DNA of 33,197 nt from Chloroflexota bacterium (GTDB lineage Bacteria > Chloroflexota > Limnocylindria > QHBO01): assembly GCA_031177555.1 (NCBI GenBank), contig JAPSGM010000001.1:1-33197 (forward strand), written 5' to 3'. The notes below the pieces were generated by a model. It was not told the DNA's origin. It saw nothing but the letters and a program-made list of their open reading frames with translations, and made no database searches. Position 1 is the first letter of the stretch; every line of letters begins with the position of its first letter. Of this stretch, positions 1 to 8,353 are shown one piece after another. Both the position numbers and the translations under genes were made by a program.

Positions 1-820
1 GGTTGATCTCGTCATCGGCGTGAGGGCCGTGCTCGATCGCGTACACCTCGCCCGTCTCGGGGTGGATCGCCAGGCCCTGGGAGTTCCGATGCCCGAGCGA
101 GTACACCAGCGTCGGTCCTTCGTTGCCGGGCAGGCCGGGATTGCCACTCGCCGGGGTGCCGTCGCGGTTCAGGTGCAGAACCTTCCCGTTGAACGTATCG
201 GTCTGCTGCGACTCGAGCAGGGCGTTCCGTAGGGCGTCCCCGGTGGACATCCAGAGCGTCCCGATGGAATCCATCTCGACCCCGCACCCGTCGTGCTGGC
301 GGTTGGCAACGATCAGCTCGTCGAAAACAGGCCCCTCGAACTCCAGCTGGTGCTCGGCCGTGACCCGATAGCGGAGGAGCTCGTTTCGCCACGGCGCAGG
401 CCCCGTCTCCCCGTCGGCGTCCCGGGAGGCGCAGACGTAGAGATACGGGAACGACGCGAAATCGGTATCGATCGCAACGCCCATGACACCCGCCTCGCCA
501 AACGTGCGCAGGTCGGGAACCTCGGCACTGGCCAGCAGCTCGGCCCCCTCGGTGCCACTGGCGTACACCTTGATGCCGATCCGACGCTCCGAGACGAACA
601 TCGTGCCGTCCGGCGCGAAGGCGATGTCCCACGGCGCCTCGAGATCGCGCTGGATCACGCTGACGCGCAGGTTGTCGATCACGGGGGGAGGAGTCCGGGT
701 CCCGAGTGTGCTGCCACCAGGGCTCGGCGTGGGCAACACCTGACCGCACGCCGCGAGCAGGAGTGTGGCGACGAGCACGACCGTCGGCGCGGATCGGCCG
801 ACGAGCGAGCGGGTGAACAT
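1..820 (-). CDS. PQQ-dependent sugar dehydrogenase (GSDH / soluble aldose dehydrogenase family), predicted lipoprotein; partial, C-terminus lies beyond the window start
   Basis: This gene is not in the ORF track because it runs off the edge. My translation of the minus strand from ATG 820-818 gives MFTRSLVGRSAPTVVLVATLLLAACGQ (signal peptide plus lipobox). It continues with LEAPWDIAFAPDGTMFVSE, NGKVLHLNRDGTPASGNPG and YSLGHRNSQGLAIHPETGEVYAIEHGPHADDEIN, which match conserved GSDH beta-propeller blocks. A GGGGAG Shine-Dalgarno (832-827) lies 6 nt upstream of the ATG. Confidence 0.8.
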   Translation of the reverse strand, partial: MFTRSLVGRSAPTVVLVATLLLAACGQVLPTPSPGGSTLGTRTPPPVIDNLRVSVIQRDLEAPWDIAFAPDGTMFVSERRIGIKVYASGTEGAELLASAEVPDLRTFGEAGVMGVAIDTDFASFPYLYVCASRDADGETGPAPWRNELLRYRVTAEHQLEFEGPVFDELIVANRQHDGCGVEMDSIGTLWMSTGDALRNALLESQQTDTFNGKVLHLNRDGTPASGNPGLPGNEGPTLVYSLGHRNSQGLAIHPETGEVYAIEHGPHADDEIN

Positions 821-871
821 CGGAAACTCCCCCTGCCGTGCGCGGCGGGAAGACATCAGGCGCCGGGCACT

Positions 872-1654
872 TTAGGCGTCGTTCTGAGGGGTGGGCAGCA
901 CTCCGCCGGGGCGTCGCTTGACGTAGTCGCCAAATCGGAAGTACTTCCAGTACACGCTGCGCACGGCGCGCGTCGCCTTCAGCAGCAGCTTGCTCCAGAG
1001 CGGGACCTTCACCGGTCCCCATGCGGGCGGGAACTGGTAGCCCCACTCTTCCATGTACGGGCCGAAGACCCACTTCGCGCGCCGAATGGCACGAGGTGTG
1101 AAGTACCCCGCGAAGTCCCGCTGAGCATCGCGTTCCGAGGTGGCGTTGACGACCGGCAATGGCCGAACCGGCTCGATGCCGATCCTGCGCAGTGTCTGAT
1201 CGAAGTCGGCGGCCAGCGACTCCACGCAGAGGATGGCATCCATCCGTTTGTGGTCCAACGCCGCCCAAGTGTCGTACGGCACCTTGTACCAGCGAAGCAG
1301 GAAGTCCTCGAAGCTCGCGTCGTGCTCCTGCACCCAGCGGTAGATCCGACGCTCCAGCCGGCCTGCCAGCGAGTTGCGGAGCGCGACACGCTCCGGCTCC
1401 GTAAACCGCCCGCGCCTGTCGTCCTTGAGGTGGACGAACCGCGTCACCGCGACGTCCAGCGGATTCCGGATCCCCGAAAAGGCGAAGTACGAGCGCTCGT
1501 CCTCCGACGCGATGCGCAGGAAGTCGCGATAGGTGGCGTGCTTCCTGAGGATGGGATGGCCGTCGTAGTGCTCGCGCAGCTCGCGGCTCACCGCCGTGGA
1601 CCCGGTGCGAGGCAGCTCCACGTAGACGTATCGGTACTTGTGGCTGATGATCAC
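872..1654 (-). CDS. Sulfotransferase, family-2 type (PAPS-dependent)
   Basis: This is the in-frame part of ORF 872-1882. I set the start to GTG 1654-1652, which forms a GTGA overlap with the stop of the upstream GT4 gene. VIISHKYRYVYVELPRTGSTAV carries the 5'-phosphosulfate loop and FAFSGIRNPLDVAVTRF carries the 3'-phosphate RNP block. Sequence upstream of 1654 in this frame is R/A/G/P-rich shadow. Confidence 0.85.
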   Translation of the reverse strand: MIISHKYRYVYVELPRTGSTAVSRELREHYDGHPILRKHATYRDFLRIASEDERSYFAFSGIRNPLDVAVTRFVHLKDDRRGRFTEPERVALRNSLAGRLERRIYRWVQEHDASFEDFLLRWYKVPYDTWAALDHKRMDAILCVESLAADFDQTLRRIGIEPVRPLPVVNATSERDAQRDFAGYFTPRAIRRAKWVFGPYMEEWGYQFPPAWGPVKVPLWSKLLLKATRAVRSVYWKYFRFGDYVKRRPGGVLPTPQNDA

Positions 1655-2901
1655 CGACTGGCTCCTGCGTTGCTCGGGCTGCCGCCCGGATGCCGGCCAT
1701 CGCGGGAGCGGGCCGCTCCGGACAGCTCGCGATGTAGATCGTAGACCCTGGCGAGCACCCGCCGCGCGGCCAGCGGCTCGGCAGCCCTGCGGCACTCGGC
1801 GCGCAGGCCATCGCGGGGAGTGCCCAGCAGCCACCGGATGCCCTCGGCGAGGGCATCGGCGGAGTGGTCGCGCGCCACCCATCCCGTCTTCCCGGTGCTG
1901 ACGACGGCGCTGATCTCGCCGACGGGGGTTGTGACCACCGGCAGCCCGCAGGCGAGCGCCTCGAGGCCCACGGTGGGGCCCGTCTCGAAGGCGGAGCTGA
2001 TCACCAACCCGTCGGCGGCGTTCATCAGCAGCGCCAGCTCGACGCGGGGCCGCGTGCCCAGGAAGCGAACTCGCGCCGCGCAGCCCAGCCGCTCCCCGAG
2101 CGCGTCCAGCTCGCCGCGCAGCGAGCCGTCGCCCGCGACCAGGAGCGTGGTGCCGCCGGCCTGCGTGGCACGCGCGAAGGCCTCGAGGAGCAGCTGCGGG
2201 CGCTTCTGGCCCTCAAGCCGGCCGGCGTACAGCAGGATCCGCTCCGTCGCCGGCACGCCGAGCTCGGCCTCAAGCCGTCCCCGAAGGTCGCGGCGCTGGC
2301 CCGCGTCGGTGGCCGCGAACACCTTGTCGTCGAACCAGTTCGGCAGGAACTCGATCCGGTCGGCCACCTCGCGGAACCGAGCTCGGTACCGTTCGGTGGC
2401 GATCCTGTTCACGACGTAGATGCGCTGCATGCGCCGGAATGCGACACCCTCCACCGCGTCCAGCGGCCGCCCCAGGCGGCGCCACCGGCTCTCCGATGCG
2501 GCGTCCGCGAGGTCCTCGCGGGTGAGATGCACCACCCGCCACATCGGGCCGTCATGCCCAAGCAGCGGAAGCGCGGTGGCCGGGCGGTGGAACTGGGTCA
2601 CGCGTCCGGCGGTCGGAATGCGCCGGTGGCGTGCGGCCAGGGCCGCGGTGAAGCGGAGAGCCAGCGGGACCACGCTCCGACCCGTGCCGCGGGACAGCCG
2701 GGCGATCGGCAGGAAATCCATGCGGCTCCCCTCGAAGTCGATCGCCTGCCAGCTGCCGAGCGGCCTGGTGGCGGCCATCCCGACCATGGCCACGCGAAAG
2801 TCGGATGGGGCGAACTTGACGAAGCTGCGGATGAAGGAGGCGATGCCGCCGATGCTCATGTCCTCCGGATCGGCGGGCAGGACGATGAGCGGCCGGATCA
2901 C
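1651..2901 (-). CDS. Glycosyltransferase family 4 (GT-B, Glycos_transf_1)
   Basis: 416-aa ORF. The GTG start at 2901 overlaps the stop of the Wzy-like gene (GTGA). The C-terminal half has LLYAGRLEGQKRPQLLLEAF and VISSAFETGPTVGLEALACGLPVVTT (E-x7-E). Confidence 0.9.
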   Translation of the reverse strand: MIRPLIVLPADPEDMSIGGIASFIRSFVKFAPSDFRVAMVGMAATRPLGSWQAIDFEGSRMDFLPIARLSRGTGRSVVPLALRFTAALAARHRRIPTAGRVTQFHRPATALPLLGHDGPMWRVVHLTREDLADAASESRWRRLGRPLDAVEGVAFRRMQRIYVVNRIATERYRARFREVADRIEFLPNWFDDKVFAATDAGQRRDLRGRLEAELGVPATERILLYAGRLEGQKRPQLLLEAFARATQAGGTTLLVAGDGSLRGELDALGERLGCAARVRFLGTRPRVELALLMNAADGLVISSAFETGPTVGLEALACGLPVVTTPVGEISAVVSTGKTGWVARDHSADALAEGIRWLLGTPRDGLRAECRRAAEPLAARRVLARVYDLHRELSGAARSRDGRHPGGSPSNAGASR

Positions 2902-4274
2902 GCGGTCGATGGCGATGTTTCCGGCGCCTCCGCCTGGTGCTCCGCGCCCGTCGTCGGGGGTGCGAGCAGGAAAGCCCCGACGAAGATGGCCGCCATGACG
3001 CTCGTGACCCCGACGGTGAAGAGGTTGTTCACGACCGCCTGGGCCTCGAAGGCGAGCACCGCGATGGCCCCGGCGATGTGGATCGCGGATCTGGCGTGGC
3101 GAGCCCGGAACAGCACCAGCAGCGCGAGGGCCGCGAGGCTGAGGTGCAGCAGCAGGGCGCCGGCCGCGCCGAGCACGCCCAGCTCAGCGCCGGCCAGGAG
3201 CACCGAGTTGTGCGCGCTGGCACCGGCACGACCCAGCGGCGTGTCGATGTAGCGCTCCGGCCAGTCGCGCATGGTCGCCAGCATCTCGCCGGTGCCGACG
3301 CCGGTCAGCGGGTGGTCGATCATGAGCAGGACGGCGGCATACCAGAGCGCCAGCCGGTTGGTGGCGTCGCTCACGAACCGCTCACCCAGCGGCGTCAGCA
3401 GCGTGATCACGATGCCGGCACCGATGATCGGGACGGCGAGGACCGGCCGCCTGGCCAGGAGCACGACGGCGACCACCCCCACCGCGGCCAGCCCGATCGG
3501 CGCGCGCGAGAAGGTCAACGTCAGCCCGATGATCTGCACGACCGCGCACGCCAGCCACACCAGCCGGGCGCGCCGCGTCCTGGCCTCGATGGCGAGCCCC
3601 ACGGTCAGGAGCAGCGAGACCATCAGGATCGCTCCGAGGAAGTTGGCCCCCACGCCGAGCGTGCCGGTGATGCGGCCGGGCACCTCGCCGAACAGCGCCG
3701 ACCTTGGCCCCTTCTCGCTGCCGAGGCCGATGTCGCCGGGCAGCGGCACCAGGAAGGCCACGATGCCGAAGACGGCCTCGAACGTCCCGACCACCGCGAC
3801 GGCGCTTGCCACGAACTCGGCGGCACCCTCGCGGCGGCTCACCGCCCAGGCCACCGCCACGGCGATAACGGCCAGCATGGCGAGCCGGCCGGAGCTGCGC
3901 ATCACCATCCGGAAGAAGTCGAAGGGTGACTCGGCCACCAGCAAACTGGAGATGACGCCGGCGACGAACAGGACCGCCAGGCCGATGGCGAGGCCGATCA
4001 GGACCTGCCGCTTGACCGCCAGCCGCGGAAAGTCCTCGAACGGAGCGAGGGCCAGCAGCAGCCCGACGAGGCCCACGATTGCCGGGATGTCGTCGAGGCT
4101 GAAGCCGAGCGTGATGTGCACGTTGGGCACCAGCGGTGTCATGGCCAGGACCAGCAGCGATCCCGCGAAGCGCCAGCCGAACCGGCGGGTGGTGATGATC
4201 GTCACGGCGACCGCCACCAGGGAGATGGCGATCGCGACTCCGGTGAGCGCCAGGAGCTCCCAGCTGAGGGTCAT
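2898..4274 (-). CDS. O-antigen ligase/polymerase-like membrane protein (Wzy_C domain), copy 1
   Basis: 458-aa polytopic ORF. TFSRAPIGLAAVG, IDHPLTGVGTGEM and SAHNSVLLAGAELGVLG match Wzy_C blocks. The ATG at 4274 lies 4 nt after the upstream stop. Confidence 0.85.
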   Translation of the reverse strand: MTLSWELLALTGVAIAISLVAVAVTIITTRRFGWRFAGSLLVLAMTPLVPNVHITLGFSLDDIPAIVGLVGLLLALAPFEDFPRLAVKRQVLIGLAIGLAVLFVAGVISSLLVAESPFDFFRMVMRSSGRLAMLAVIAVAVAWAVSRREGAAEFVASAVAVVGTFEAVFGIVAFLVPLPGDIGLGSEKGPRSALFGEVPGRITGTLGVGANFLGAILMVSLLLTVGLAIEARTRRARLVWLACAVVQIIGLTLTFSRAPIGLAAVGVVAVVLLARRPVLAVPIIGAGIVITLLTPLGERFVSDATNRLALWYAAVLLMIDHPLTGVGTGEMLATMRDWPERYIDTPLGRAGASAHNSVLLAGAELGVLGAAGALLLHLSLAALALLVLFRARHARSAIHIAGAIAVLAFEAQAVVNNLFTVGVTSVMAAIFVGAFLLAPPTTGAEHQAEAPETSPSTA

Positions 4275-4278
4275 CGGC

Positions 4279-5229
4279 TCATGCCGACCACGCGGCGAGG
4301 TCTCGGTCGATCAGCGTCTCCAGCCGGGCGACGTCATCGGCCAGTTCCGCGACGAGGCGAGCGCGGAGGTCCGGATCGATCGGCGGTCGCTGCTGATACC
4401 TGATGTTGGCACGCTTCATGAGACGCCAGGCGGCGTGGTGGAGCGGGCCCGGCAGCGCGTTCACGACGGTGCCCACGGCGCGGCCCTTGCGGACGCGCTG
4501 CAGCAGCGAGCTGCGAGCCACCTTGTTCTGGTTGACGACCGCGAAGTCCGGCTCGAAGCCGGTGCTCACCTCGAGGAATGACAGGACGTCGCGGTATGCG
4601 GTGCGGGCATCGGCGCTGAAGTCGTCGTAGAGGAGGACCTTCACGGCGTCGCGGCCGAAGGTCTCCAGGTAGCGCTCGACGTGTGCCGCATAGCGGGCGC
4701 AGGCGCGGTACTGCAGTCCCTCCGGCCTCCGAACGTCCGGCGGCAGGCGCCGTCCCTGCCGCCGGTCCTCCTCGGCATCGAGCGCCTGGGCGAAGTCCTC
4801 GACGTCCTCGTTGCCGGTGAAGAGCCAATGGCTGTGCAGCGAGTGGATCATCTCCACCGGATCGCGCAGCATGATGATGATCCGGGCGTCGGGGTCGAAG
4901 CGCCTGATCTCGGCGGCCGCGGTCCGCGAGTACAGGTACCACACCGTCGCCTCGCCCAGCCGCCGCTTCCCCCGTCCGGGCCCGAAGAGCTTCAGGTAGC
5001 TCGGCTCGTCGAGGAGCGGTGGCCGCTTGGTCAGGTCCGCCCCGAAGTACACCGGCTCCTTGCGATAGGGCATGAACACGTCCGGATGCTGTCGCAGGTA
5101 CTCGTACATGGCCGTGGTGCCGGATCGCGGCGCCCCGACGATGAAGAAGTTCGGCCTCGGATCCGCCACGTCCGTGGAGGCGAGGCCCAGGCCGCCTCGC
5201 GGCAGGCTCGATGCCTGGTCAGGATTCAT
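4279..5229 (-). CDS. Sulfotransferase-domain protein (heparan-sulfate-sulfotransferase-like fold)
   Basis: 316 aa. FFIVGAPRSGTTAMYEYL is the 5'-PSB P-loop and IIMLRDPVEMIHSLHSHW is the 3'-PB block. There is an ATGA overlap with the upstream stop (5226-5229). No TM helix or signal peptide. It is a paralogue of 9899-10828. Confidence 0.9.
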   Translation of the reverse strand: MNPDQASSLPRGGLGLASTDVADPRPNFFIVGAPRSGTTAMYEYLRQHPDVFMPYRKEPVYFGADLTKRPPLLDEPSYLKLFGPGRGKRRLGEATVWYLYSRTAAAEIRRFDPDARIIIMLRDPVEMIHSLHSHWLFTGNEDVEDFAQALDAEEDRRQGRRLPPDVRRPEGLQYRACARYAAHVERYLETFGRDAVKVLLYDDFSADARTAYRDVLSFLEVSTGFEPDFAVVNQNKVARSSLLQRVRKGRAVGTVVNALPGPLHHAAWRLMKRANIRYQQRPPIDPDLRARLVAELADDVARLETLIDRDLAAWSA

Positions 5230-5972
5230 CGGTCCGCCAGGAGCTGCACCAGGCCCGCGTAGTCCTCTGGCGTATCGATCTCATGCCACCACGTCTCCCC
5301 GATCTCGCAGCCCGTCAACGATCCGGTCGTCGCGGCCAGCTCGCTCACCAGATCGTGCCAGATGGCGCGCCCTGCGGATTTCGCCTCGCGCTCCACGAAG
5401 TCGGTCAGCAGCCCGTCGAACATGGCGCGCGCTTCCTCGCCGCAGGCCAGGAACAGGCCGGCGGACACGCCGTGGGTTCGTTCGTCGGCCAGCCCCTTGC
5501 CGACCGCGGCGACCGTGCCATCGCCGCGAAGCGAGACCCGCACGTCATCGGTCTCGGCCACCCGCCTCGAGAAGCCCAGGCGGAACCCGCCGGCGTCGAC
5601 CGACCCGACCGCGCGAAAGGCTTCCGGCCGGTAGTAGGTGTCGCCGTTGCCGATCATGATGTCGGCTGACGTGATGACGTCCCGCGCGGCCCACAGCGAC
5701 CAGATCGGGCCGTGCGAGGCGAAGTCGGGGTTGTAGCGCGTCTCGACCGCGCCCGCCCTGGCATGCCGCGCGACCTCCTGCTCAATCGCGTCGGAACAAT
5801 ACCCGGTGACGACCACGACGCGGCGCACGGCGCCCGACAGGTGCGCGTTGCGAAGGTTCTCGCCGAGCAGCGATCCGCCATCGGGCGTGGGGACCAGGGC
5901 CTTGGGGATCGGGCCCGTGACCGACGCCAGGCGGGTGCCCTGGCCGGCGGCGAGCAGAATGAGGTCCGTCAT
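5226..5972 (-). CDS. Sugar/alcohol-phosphate nucleotidyltransferase, LicC-like (probable cytidylyltransferase)
   Basis: 248 aa. LILLAAGQGTRL...PKALV is the nucleotide-binding signature. The YNPDFASHGPIWSLW block resembles phosphocholine-type cytidylyltransferases. There is an ATGA overlap with the stop of the TagF-like gene. Confidence 0.75.
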   Translation of the reverse strand: MTDLILLAAGQGTRLASVTGPIPKALVPTPDGGSLLGENLRNAHLSGAVRRVVVVTGYCSDAIEQEVARHARAGAVETRYNPDFASHGPIWSLWAARDVITSADIMIGNGDTYYRPEAFRAVGSVDAGGFRLGFSRRVAETDDVRVSLRGDGTVAAVGKGLADERTHGVSAGLFLACGEEARAMFDGLLTDFVEREAKSAGRAIWHDLVSELAATTGSLTGCEIGETWWHEIDTPEDYAGLVQLLADR

Positions 5973-7324
5973 CGGTTCGACGCCGATGCGGCTTTGCCGG
6001 CAGCGGCGCCGGTGACCGCCCCGACCCCGGCCCCGACCTCGGCCCCGACCGCAAGGACGATGCGCTCGCAGCTGCCCGGCGAGTCCGCGTAGCCGCTTCG
6101 CTCCCTGATCAGCGCGGGCAATGCCAGGTCCGCGGCGTCGTCACCGTCCGCGGCGCTCCGGATCGCGTCGAGCAGCGAGGGCCACTCGACGTGATGCTGG
6201 CCCCGGGTCCAGCTCTCGAGTGGCTCGTAGAGATCGCGGCTCTGGCCGTGCTCGGCGATGTCGGGGGCGAAGACGTGGATGGGTCGGGCGAGGATCGCGT
6301 AGTCGAATGCAGCGCTCGAGTAATCGGTGACGAGGGCATCGGCGATGCGCAGCAGGCAGTTCACGTCGGCGATCTCGTCGCCGAGCATGCGCACGTGGCC
6401 ATCCAGCGCGAGGCGGTCGCGAAAGACGCCGGGATCGTTGTTGGGATGCGGCTTCACGACGAGCCTGACCCTGGACCCGCCGAGCGCCCGCTCCACCTCC
6501 GCTGCGTCGAGGGCCGGCAACCAGGCCTCGTCCCCCTCCTCGCGCCAGGTCGGCAGCCACAGGACGACGTGGTCATCGGGCGCCAGCCCCAGGCGAGCGC
6601 GGAGGTCGCCGCGGACGACGCGGTCGTACGCGGGGCCGCCCAGGATGACGTCGAACCGTGGCGTTCCGAGGACCCGGATCCGGTCGGGCGGGCCACCGAA
6701 GGCGCTCAGGTACCACGTCTTCGCCAGCTCACCGGGAGCGACCACCATGTCGACCTGTCCCAGCCGGCGGGACATGAACCAGCGGTACGCGCGCGCGGCC
6801 ACGCCGCCGACGGCGGAGCCGCCCATCAGGCGCGACTGGTCCACGTCGAGCAGCACGCGCTTGAGCCCCTTTCCGTGCCGAAGGTGGACGAGGAAGGCGC
6901 CGCTCAGGTTCGCGGTCTCGAGATCCTCGAAGCCGGTGCAGATGAACGCCGCGCCGGCGCGGCGATGGACGTCGGCGGACTCCCGCGTGCCGTGGATGGC
7001 GGAGCGCAGGCCGGCGTCGTGTGCCTGGCGAGCGTCGCGCTCGTTCGCCGCGATCCACCACGTCTCGATCTGGGGGTGGGCGTGCAGGAGGTGCTCGGCA
7101 AGATATCGCGTGTTGTCGCGGAATCCTCGCCGGTTCCCCAGGATCCAGGTGCGGGCCTCGCGGCGGCCGAAGCGGCTCAGGACGCGTCCAGGCAGGCCGG
7201 CCGCACGCCTGCCGGCCTTGTGCAGCATCCCTGCCCGTGAGCCAGCCCTGCCTCGCGGCTCGTCATGCCCGCGTTCGGCGATCCCGCCGTCCTCCCGAGC
7301 GTCGCTCGGCGGTCCGATGGCCAC
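5969..7324 (-). CDS. CDP-alcohol phosphotransferase of the TagB/TagF family (Glyphos_transf; CDP-glycerol glycerophosphotransferase-like)
   Basis: This is the 3' part of ORF 5969-7852. It carries LGTPRFD, LWLPTWRE, VVKPHPNN and LVTDYSSAAFDYAIL. I set the start at GTG 7324 because AGGAGA (7335-7330) lies 5 nt upstream. ATG 7228 is an alternative start. The rest of the track ORF overlaps sulfotransferase 7342-8241 and looks like shadow sequence. Confidence 0.85.
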   Translation of the reverse strand: MAIGPPSDAREDGGIAERGHDEPRGRAGSRAGMLHKAGRRAAGLPGRVLSRFGRREARTWILGNRRGFRDNTRYLAEHLLHAHPQIETWWIAANERDARQAHDAGLRSAIHGTRESADVHRRAGAAFICTGFEDLETANLSGAFLVHLRHGKGLKRVLLDVDQSRLMGGSAVGGVAARAYRWFMSRRLGQVDMVVAPGELAKTWYLSAFGGPPDRIRVLGTPRFDVILGGPAYDRVVRGDLRARLGLAPDDHVVLWLPTWREEGDEAWLPALDAAEVERALGGSRVRLVVKPHPNNDPGVFRDRLALDGHVRMLGDEIADVNCLLRIADALVTDYSSAAFDYAILARPIHVFAPDIAEHGQSRDLYEPLESWTRGQHHVEWPSLLDAIRSAADGDDAADLALPALIRERSGYADSPGSCERIVLAVGAEVGAGVGAVTGAAAGKAASASNR

Positions 7325-7341
7325 GTCCGTCTCCTGGCCGT

Positions 7342-8241
7342 CTAGCCCGATGCCGCCACGGGCATGCGCCAGCCGGGCAGCGGTCGCGTGAGGGTCTCGA
7401 CGTAGGCGATGTCCCGCTCGAAATGGGCCAGGAGCCGCTCCTGCAGCTGGGCGGGCATCGCAGGATACGCGGCCCTCTTCATGTTGCGCGCCTCGAGCGC
7501 ATTCCGCAGCCGGTGAGCGGGTCGTCGAACGAACCGCGGCAGGAAGCTCCAGCTGCGGTAGCGCGTGCCGGCGATGGCCCGATGCAGGAGTCGGCTGCTG
7601 GGGACGGCATGCGGGTTGTACTCCGCGTCGAACGACGGCAGGAACCCGTCGTCGACGCCCACGAAGCGGCAGATCCTGCGGTAGGTCTCGGGCGGATCGC
7701 TCCGCAGGTCGTCGTACAGGACGAGGTGCACGCGCTCGGGCCCCAGGGCATCGAGGTAACGGCGCACGTGGCGCTCGTAGCTGCTCATGTACAGCAGGTA
7801 GCGAAGGTCCGGGTGGTCCTCGACGACCTCCGAGAAGGGCGGCATCGGCCACCCGCGCTTCCAGTTGTGCCAGTAATGCGAGTACGCCCGCTCGACCGGC
7901 TGACGCAGCACGAAGATGACCTTGAGCCCGGGGACGTGCTTCTCCATCAGCTCGGGGCCGTCCAAGGCGCCGAGGTAGTGCGTGCTGGCTTCGCCACGCG
8001 CCAGGCAGTCCTCTCCCCCCTCGAACAGGCTCTCGTACCAGGCGATGCCCTGGCTGTACGTGTCCTCGCGCAACGGACCGATGATGCGCACGCCCGGCTC
8101 CGGAACATTAGCGTCGCGCGTGAGGAAGTGGGGTTCCTTCACGGGGCTCATCCAGACCTGCGGGTGAGCGTCGAGGAGGCGCCAGAGGGCCGTGGTCCCT
8201 GACTTCGGTGCTCCTCCGATCACGAAGGTCGGCAGGGTCAA
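7342..8241 (-). CDS. Sulfotransferase-domain protein
   Basis: 299 aa with a TTG start. FVIGGAPKSGTTALWRLL is the 5'-PSB block and IFVLRQPVERAYSHYWHN is the 3'-PB block. No TM helix or signal peptide. Confidence 0.88.
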   Translation of the reverse strand: MTLPTFVIGGAPKSGTTALWRLLDAHPQVWMSPVKEPHFLTRDANVPEPGVRIIGPLREDTYSQGIAWYESLFEGGEDCLARGEASTHYLGALDGPELMEKHVPGLKVIFVLRQPVERAYSHYWHNWKRGWPMPPFSEVVEDHPDLRYLLYMSSYERHVRRYLDALGPERVHLVLYDDLRSDPPETYRRICRFVGVDDGFLPSFDAEYNPHAVPSSRLLHRAIAGTRYRSWSFLPRFVRRPAHRLRNALEARNMKRAAYPAMPAQLQERLLAHFERDIAYVETLTRPLPGWRMPVAASG

Positions 8242-8353
8242 GGGTCGTGGTCAGCCGCGCGCGCGAAGGGCGCGGCGGTCCTGTGGGTCGGGATCACGGG
8301 GCGGAATGATAGCCGGTTGCGTACGGGAGCGCGGGTGGAGCATCCAGCCCCGG

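Noticed and set aside
12-1856. 614-aa minus-strand ORF and 483-aa plus-strand ORF (293-1744) covering the left end
   Set aside because: Their products are R/A/G/P-rich with no recognisable motifs. They overlap two frames that have clear family signatures: the GSDH dehydrogenase at 1-820 and the sulfotransferase at 872-1654. These are typical high-GC shadow ORFs.
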